From NCBI GenBank assembly GCA_025059535.1, contig JANXCX010000024.1, positions 106,569 through 170,568 of the forward strand: a stretch of 64,000 bases of DNA. The letters run 5' to 3'. The position numbers and the translations under genes are program-made. This DNA is from Bacteroidia bacterium. Lineage in GTDB: Bacteria > Bacteroidota > Bacteroidia > SpSt-205. Below, one piece after another: positions 58,235 to 64,000 of this stretch. Below the pieces are notes generated by a model. That model saw only the letters and a list, made by a program, of their open reading frames with translations, did not search any database and was not told the DNA's origin. Each line of letters starts with the position of its first letter. The first letter of the stretch is position 1.

Positions 58235-60134
58235 CTGGGCGTAAAAGCCGGCGACTCCAGGCGATTTCCGCCATCAGTAGCCCTAGCGCTAGTCCCAGCC
58301 AGAGCCACCATGGGCGCCAGCGCAGGGTTAGATAAGCCGGTTTAAAGGCACCTTCACTCCACTGGCGCACTTCTACCGCTAACCCAGCCGCCTCCCACTC
58401 CGCTGGCGCAAGAAAGTCCGAGTAAGATTCGCTAGAGGGCCTATTGACACCGATATAACCGTATAGCTTCTCTTGTAGATATACGCCGTATAGCCCAGCT
58501 GGGAGGGGATACTCCCCTAAGCTAAAGGTGATTGTATGGCCTTGCGCTTCGGTATGCGGGGTATGCACGAAGCTCGAACGGGTGTGCCGAAGCGTTACGG
58601 GCCCTTCGGCGGCAGGTAAAGTGAAGGTCCGACGCGTCCCAAGCGGCACATAGCCTATCCATCCGCTTCCGTGATGCCGCCAGAACAACCGCTCAAAAAG
58701 CGGCACAAAGAGGCTGTGATGGCCTAGCGAACTGCCCCACCAAGGAAAGGCAAAAAGATACACAAACCCCTTTTGCCAAGGAATTTCCCAGAAAAGCGGC
58801 GTGCCTTCGGCGGTCTGTAGGAGGACTCTACCGCCACTTGGACGAAGCAGGTAGAGAGAAGCCACCGTGAGCGGTTCGGGCAGGCTTAGCCCTTCGCCCC
58901 CTATGGGCACAAACACCTCTTCCCACAGCGGGTGAGTTAGAGGGGTAAGATAGACGGCCTGAGGCGCTGGGGCCAGAACGCCATCCACCTCTAGGTCAAA
59001 AAAAGCGTTTCGCCAGGCCAAAGGAGTATTTTGGGCTGGGGCGAAAGCTACCAAGGTACCCCCTTCGGCTACCCAAGCCGCTATACCCCCTGGTAGGTGG
59101 CCAAGCTCTCCCACCCACAAACGGGTAGCCTCCGTAGGAGTATTCAAATCCGTTTTAGGCCAGCTCAGTACCTCAAAAAGCCTTTGGAAAGCGCTCTGGC
59201 TCAGAAGGCGTGGGTCACCGCCGCAGAGCGCTTGCCTCTCTCCAGCCCTCAGCCAACCTATCCCACACCAGTTGTCCACTTCTATGGCATCGCCTCTTAT
59301 TTGCAGCTCTATTCGGCCTTCGGTTAGGGGTATTAGCTCCTCATGGCGGCCTACCGCACAGGGGCGCACCCGATTACCCACCTGTATGGTGTAAATGGTA
59401 TCCTTCGGCCCCTGTAGCCTATACGCCACCCGAATCCGATCCCCAACCGCCGCTACATTTACCGAGTCAAACCAGGCATTCCCTCGCCAATCCGCCCGCA
59501 CAGGAAAGAGTACGAGATCACCTTTTACCTGTCCCTTCAGCCGGGCCAAATTTCCTACAGAAGTGCGCTGAAAGTCAGAGAATACATATATTTTTTTCTT
59601 CTCATAGCTTGCTTCCCGAAAAAAGAGCTCAGATCTCTCTAAGAAGTAGGCCAATGGATATCCCATGTCAGCGGGCTGAATAGCCGCTACTTTTTCCTTC
59701 ATAAGCGCCGCTGGTAAGAAAGGACTGCGCGGCACATAGCTGTCGGTAGTAAGAAGCCTGAATTCCTGCGAAGCGGGTGCTTGACGCAAAACCTCCTGAA
59801 GCAGAGCCTGCAAGGTAGCCCAGACTGGATGCATAGAGGGCGAAACATCCACAATTACAAGCACCGAAGTGCCCCCAAGACGCATAGACAGGCCTTTACC
59901 CCACTGAGGTCGGGCAAAAAGTAGCACAATAGCCGAAAGAGCCGCCAAGCGCAGAAAAAGGAGAATCCAGTGATGCAGCTTTAGGTAAGGTCGGTTGAAC
60001 TGCTTGAGCCGCTCTACCCACAGTGCCCGCGAAAACTCATACCGCCGGGAGCGCCGAAGGTAAAAGAAATGCACTACAATCGGTACAATCAGAGCTAAAA
60101 GGCCCCACAGAAAGTGGGGAAAGAGGAAATTCAT
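58215..60134 (-). CDS. BatA N-terminal double-TM / VWA domain-containing protein
   Basis: [38 protein letters not shown]; C-terminal TM. Confidence 0.88.
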   Translation of the reverse strand: MNFLFPHFLWGLLALIVPIVVHFFYLRRSRRYEFSRALWVERLKQFNRPYLKLHHWILLFLRLAALSAIVLLFARPQWGKGLSMRLGGTSVLVIVDVSPSMHPVWATLQALLQEVLRQAPASQEFRLLTTDSYVPRSPFLPAALMKEKVAAIQPADMGYPLAYFLERSELFFREASYEKKKIYVFSDFQRTSVGNLARLKGQVKGDLVLFPVRADWRGNAWFDSVNVAAVGDRIRVAYRLQGPKDTIYTIQVGNRVRPCAVGRHEELIPLTEGRIELQIRGDAIEVDNWCGIGWLRAGERQALCGGDPRLLSQSAFQRLFEVLSWPKTDLNTPTEATRLWVGELGHLPGGIAAWVAEGGTLVAFAPAQNTPLAWRNAFFDLEVDGVLAPAPQAVYLTPLTHPLWEEVFVPIGGEGLSLPEPLTVASLYLLRPSGGRVLLQTAEGTPLFWEIPWQKGFVYLFAFPWWGSSLGHHSLFVPLFERLFWRHHGSGWIGYVPLGTRRTFTLPAAEGPVTLRHTRSSFVHTPHTEAQGHTITFSLGEYPLPAGLYGVYLQEKLYGYIGVNRPSSESYSDFLAPAEWEAAGLAVEVRQWSEGAFKPAYLTLRWRPWWLWLGLALGLLMAEIAWSRRLLRPASVSSP

Positions 60135-60976
60135 CGCTTTCTTGGGGTTACATGCCGTTCGGAGTGATAGGAGGAGCGCACTAAAGGCCCGCTTTCTACG
60201 TAGTCAAAGCCCATCTCTAGCCCAAGCCGCGCATACGCCTCAAATTCCTCAGGTGGCACGAAGCGCTCTACGGGCAGATGAGCGGGGGTAGGTTGAAGGT
60301 ATTGGCCTAAAGTAAGCACATCGCAGCCATTAGCCAGCAGATCCGCCATAAGTTCTATGACCTCTTCGTGCGTCTCACCCAAACCTAACATAGCGCCAGA
60401 CTTAGTACGGAATCCCGCTTCTTTAGTTCGACGGATCTGTTCCAGGCTGCGTTCGTATTTGGCTTGAGGCCGTACGCGGCGGTAGAGGCGACGTACGGTC
60501 TCCATGTTATGCGAAACTACATCTGGGCCCTCTTCCAGGACACGATAAAGGGCCGCCCAATTCCCTTTGAAGTCGGGTAGCAAGACCTCAATCGTCGTGT
60601 GGGGCATGCGCGTTTTGATAGCCCGCACCGTACGGGCCCAAATTTCCGCGCCCCCATCTTTGAGTTCATCCCGATTGACCGAAGTAATCACGCAGTGTTT
60701 GAGTTGCATAAGTTCTACTGCTTGAGCCACGCGCTCAGGCTCTTCCCAATCCAGCTCGGTGGGGCGGCCCGTTTTTACGGCGCAGAAGCCGCAGGAACGC
60801 GTGCAGATATTTCCCAAAATCATGAAGGTAGCTGTGCCGGCGCCCCAGCATTCGCCCATATTAGGGCAGTGGGCACTCTCGCACACCGTATGAAGGCGAT
60901 GGGTGTCTATAACCTGACGGACAAAACGGTAGTTAGCGCCTGAGGGCAGTTTGACGCGCAGCCAAGCCGGGCGCAT
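60131..60976 (-). CDS. lipA: Lipoyl synthase
   Basis: [39 protein letters not shown]. Confidence 0.98.
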   Translation of the reverse strand: MRPAWLRVKLPSGANYRFVRQVIDTHRLHTVCESAHCPNMGECWGAGTATFMILGNICTRSCGFCAVKTGRPTELDWEEPERVAQAVELMQLKHCVITSVNRDELKDGGAEIWARTVRAIKTRMPHTTIEVLLPDFKGNWAALYRVLEEGPDVVSHNMETVRRLYRRVRPQAKYERSLEQIRRTKEAGFRTKSGAMLGLGETHEEVIELMADLLANGCDVLTLGQYLQPTPAHLPVERFVPPEEFEAYARLGLEMGFDYVESGPLVRSSYHSERHVTPRKR

Positions 60977-60983
60977 AGCCTAT

Positions 60984-60991
60984 CAAAGGTA
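60984..60991 (-). promoter_or_regulatory. -7 box TACCTTTG (lipA)
   Basis: 7 nt before ATG 60976; directly after the upstream terminator U-tract. Confidence 0.65.
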
Positions 60992-60994
60992 AAT

Positions 60995-61025
60995 AAAAAA
61001 GCGGGGCGGCGAGCGCCGCCCCGCT
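60995..61025 (-). terminator. Intrinsic terminator of the CUB-repeat gene
   Basis: GC-rich inverted repeat AGCGGGGCGGCG/CGCCGCCCCGCT with A6 on the + strand. Confidence 0.85.
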
Positions 61026-61033
61026 CAGCGTTT

Positions 61034-64000
61034 CTATAGCGTGATAACCCACCGCAGGAAGGTGCGCTCCCCGTTACTGAGATGCACCTCCACGGTATAA
61101 ACGCCCCCGCTTAGAGCTTCTAAGTACCAGCGGTGTTTTTCCTCTATACCTTCCCAGACCAGCTTGCCGTAGGTGTCCCAAATCCGCACGCGCTGGATAG
61201 GCAGGTCAGCCTCCAGCCAGGCCCCACCGCGGCTCGGATTAGGGTGGAGGGTCACCCTTATACCTGCCGAAAGCCCAGGAAGGGAATTCGGGGGAGGCGG
61301 CACATCCTCACACTCAATCCGGGCCTCCCAACCAAATAGACTATCCGCCGCATTTGCACGGAAGGCAAATGTAAGAACCCTACCTGTACTAGTAATTGCA
61401 GGAGGCAGGGTAGAGCCATGGTAAGCCCCTATCTGACGGGCGGAGGTACCTTCGCCATCATACGCCCAGAGCGTATCGCCGCTTCCAAGCGCAAAGGCTG
61501 AGAAAGTAACCTTCAGCCGCTTACCCGACGGCGCTCGGAAGATAGCCATACTTGTATCCCTACCCTGATAGAGGTCAACTGGACCACCTCCGTCATAGAA
61601 AGTAGCGCCATTACCGCAGCAGTTTTCCGCCGCTAAGTCCACATCCAGCGTATCCCTATAAGGCATCAGATAGGTACAAGCTGGATAGCCTATGCAGCGC
61701 AGCCGAGCCGCCCATCCCGCGTCGGACGTATTGTCCGACGAGCGAAACTCAAAGGTAAGATACCGGCCAGAGCTCTGGATCACAGGCGGCAGAGTCGTCC
61801 CAGAGTACTGTCCTATTAGATTCGCCGTGCGTCCAAATCCATCAAATACCCGTAGAATATCCTGATTAGCCTCGGTGGCAAATTGAGAAAAGGTGGCCTC
61901 TATTCTTTCGCCATAAGGAGCTTGGAAGATGATTAGCTTGTTTTGATTATCACCATAATTTCTATTAGGCCCCCCGCTATCGTAGAAGTTAGCGCCGCCG
62001 CAACAATCCTCCTGCGTTAGGTCTATCACGGCACTATCTGCCTGAAGCACATAGCTGCAGGGGGCGATACACGAAATCGTAGCTTCCCACCCTGCACCCG
62101 TAATGCTTCCATCGGAGCGGAAACGGAAGGTGAGCGCATTACCCGTGCTTGTTAGCTCTACTGGCATAGAGGGCGTACCACGCAGGGTGATAAGCCGAGG
62201 GGAGGATAGTTCATCCGCACCGTCATATACTACGAGCGAGTCGCAGCAGTTTTCGGAGGCGAAGCTAGTGAAGACCACTCTCAGGCGATGGCGCGGCGGT
62301 GCAAGGAAAGTCAGGCCGCGTGACTCGCTATTGCTATAATTCGCCGTAGGCCCGCCGCTATCGTAGAAGCGCACCTCATCGCAGCAGGCTTCTTCCCCTA
62401 AATCAATTGTCCCACTGCGCATAGTGTAAATGCAAGGCACAAAACAGGAGATGGAGGCGCCCCATCCTGCCGCATTACCTGAGCCATTGGAAACAAACCG
62501 GAACGTAATATACCGCCCGCGTGCCCGAATAGGTTGGGCCGGAGGGGTATTACCACTCAGACGGGCTAAAATAGGGCTATTCGCGTCCTGACCATCATGC
62601 ACAAATAGAGTATCCCCGTCTAGAAGTTCTAGCTGGAAGAAACTAAAGGCGGCGCGCTGGCCTTCAGGCGCCATAAAGGTGATAGTGCGATTCTCGTTAT
62701 CCCCATAGTTCCCGCCGAGATTTCCACTATCGTAGAAGACGGCGTCGCCACAGCAGTTATTTTGCGCTAGGTCTATCACCTGAGGAGAGGCAGGCATAGT
62801 GAAAGTACAAGCAGCGGGTGGAGCCACGCAGCTTAGGCGCGCCGCCCAGCCACTTCTCACAACGCTTCCATCTGAGGTGAATCGGATAGTCAGAGCACGG
62901 CCGGTACTGGTTATTGGAGCGGGTACGGTACTTCCCGAAAAGCGCCCTAACTGCGTCCCACCTGTACCTACTCCATCATACACTTCCAGCCAATCATAGT
63001 TAGTCTCCGTATTGAAGGCCGTAAATTCCAAGCGCAGCCGCTGCCCTAAAGGCGCTAAGAAAGTGGTTGTTTGGTTTTCGTTATTAGAGTAGTTACCTGC
63101 AGGTCCGCCGCTATCGTAGAAGTTTAGACCATCACAGCAGTTCTCTCCGCCCAGGTCTACCGTAAGGCCATTAGTCATGTTGTATATGCAGGGGACGAAG
63201 CAGCTTACCTCGGCTATCCATCCAGCAGCGGTGCCGGCACTATTAGAGACGAAACGGAAGGTGATACTTTGCCCGCTACTGCGCAGGACCGAAGGAAGAG
63301 TAGTACCGCTCAACCGGGCAACAATTGGTGCGGCCGCATCTGGGCCATCATGAACGTACAGCGTATCTCCCGACGCTACCTGGAAGGCGCCAAAATCTAC
63401 ACGTACCCGCTGTCCCGAAGGCGCCGTGAAGGTAATCTGGCGGTCCTCATTATCCCCATAACCCCCCGCCTCACTCCCGCTATCGTAGAATACGCCACCT
63501 CCACAGCAGCCGGCCGTACTTAGGTCTACATTCTGCGTAGCGGCGTTTAGAACGAAAGTGCAACCCGGCGACATAGGTACGCAACGCACCTGAGCAGCCC
63601 AGCCCGAGGCGGCAGTAGAGAAATTGGATTGGAAGCGCACGGTGAGGGCACGTCCGCTACTGGTCAGGGTAGGCGGCAGCGTATTACCCGAGAAGCGCCC
63701 TAAACGGGTCCCGCTCGTGCCCACTCCCTCAAACACCTCCAGCGTATCTACATTAGGCTCGGTATTGAAGCTGGAGAAGCTCAGCTCTACGCGCTGCCCT
63801 AAGGGAGCTACAAATGTTACGGTAGCATTTTGGCCATTACCGTAGTCGCCCGAGGGGCCACCGCTATCAAAGAAGTTGAGTCCGCCGCAGCAGTCCCGCT
63901 GGGCAATCTCCACCGTCGTGGTACCGGTAGCTGGCATGACAAAAGTGCAGCGCTCATAGCAGCCCACCCGCGCCCCCCATCCAGCAGCGGTACCTGAAGC
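61034..64000 (-). CDS. Tandem CUB-domain T9SS-secreted protein (5'-truncated)
   Basis: Seven full ~125-aa repeats (CC..FYDSGG..Y.N..TF.AP..D.L.VYDG..F.S...GW.A...C) plus the tail of an eighth; CTD LHPNPS..DTYGKLV..GVYTV. Confidence 0.88.
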   Translation of the reverse strand, partial: ASGTAAGWGARVGCYERCTFVMPATGTTTVEIAQRDCCGGLNFFDSGGPSGDYGNGQNATVTFVAPLGQRVELSFSSFNTEPNVDTLEVFEGVGTSGTRLGRFSGNTLPPTLTSSGRALTVRFQSNFSTAASGWAAQVRCVPMSPGCTFVLNAATQNVDLSTAGCCGGGVFYDSGSEAGGYGDNEDRQITFTAPSGQRVRVDFGAFQVASGDTLYVHDGPDAAAPIVARLSGTTLPSVLRSSGQSITFRFVSNSAGTAAGWIAEVSCFVPCIYNMTNGLTVDLGGENCCDGLNFYDSGGPAGNYSNNENQTTTFLAPLGQRLRLEFTAFNTETNYDWLEVYDGVGTGGTQLGRFSGSTVPAPITSTGRALTIRFTSDGSVVRSGWAARLSCVAPPAACTFTMPASPQVIDLAQNNCCGDAVFYDSGNLGGNYGDNENRTITFMAPEGQRAAFSFFQLELLDGDTLFVHDGQDANSPILARLSGNTPPAQPIRARGRYITFRFVSNGSGNAAGWGASISCFVPCIYTMRSGTIDLGEEACCDEVRFYDSGGPTANYSNSESRGLTFLAPPRHRLRVVFTSFASENCCDSLVVYDGADELSSPRLITLRGTPSMPVELTSTGNALTFRFRSDGSITGAGWEATISCIAPCSYVLQADSAVIDLTQEDCCGGANFYDSGGPNRNYGDNQNKLIIFQAPYGERIEATFSQFATEANQDILRVFDGFGRTANLIGQYSGTTLPPVIQSSGRYLTFEFRSSDNTSDAGWAARLRCIGYPACTYLMPYRDTLDVDLAAENCCGNGATFYDGGGPVDLYQGRDTSMAIFRAPSGKRLKVTFSAFALGSGDTLWAYDGEGTSARQIGAYHGSTLPPAITSTGRVLTFAFRANAADSLFGWEARIECEDVPPPPNSLPGLSAGIRVTLHPNPSRGGAWLEADLPIQRVRIWDTYGKLVWEGIEEKHRWYLEALSGGVYTVEVHLSNGERTFLRWVITL
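61290..64000 (-). repeat. Diverged intragenic tandem repeats (~375 bp CUB units)
   Basis: Recurrent ctatcgtagaa and cagcag motifs about every 370-385 bp on the + strand. Confidence 0.8.

Noticed and set aside
61290-64000. Periodic DNA motifs as a possible CRISPR array or DGR template
   Set aside because: The ~375-bp period is in frame, with synonymous divergence. There are no identical short repeats with spacers and no cas or RT genes.

Overview
A gene-dense, mostly housekeeping region (~55 CDS, one tRNA-Gln(TTG), three intrinsic terminators) of a Bacteroidota bacterium. The assignment rests on PorX-tsaE, four T9SS-CTD proteins, Bat/VWA genes, BshA and TAnnTTTG promoter boxes; a thermophile is plausible but inferred. 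I found no mobile element, CRISPR array or rRNA. The most striking signal is regulatory. A Bacteroidota -7 box (TAnnTTTG) lies only 3-8 nt before at least 14 start codons, which implies pervasive leaderless or ultra-short-leader mRNAs, often from 26-34 bp bidirectional promoters. Ten of eleven convergent gene pairs overlap at their 3' ends. Other items: rnpA lacks a canonical start codon (ATT start or +1 frameshift from rpmH); prs starts 5 nt after the tRNA; nuoB is an orphan; TCGA is apparently avoided. Unusual proteins include a tandem-CUB T9SS protein, a helical-repeat/polyPro/beta-propeller protein, a baeRF3-like protein and an orphan SUKH-like protein. All calls come from reading motifs by eye; no database searches were run.
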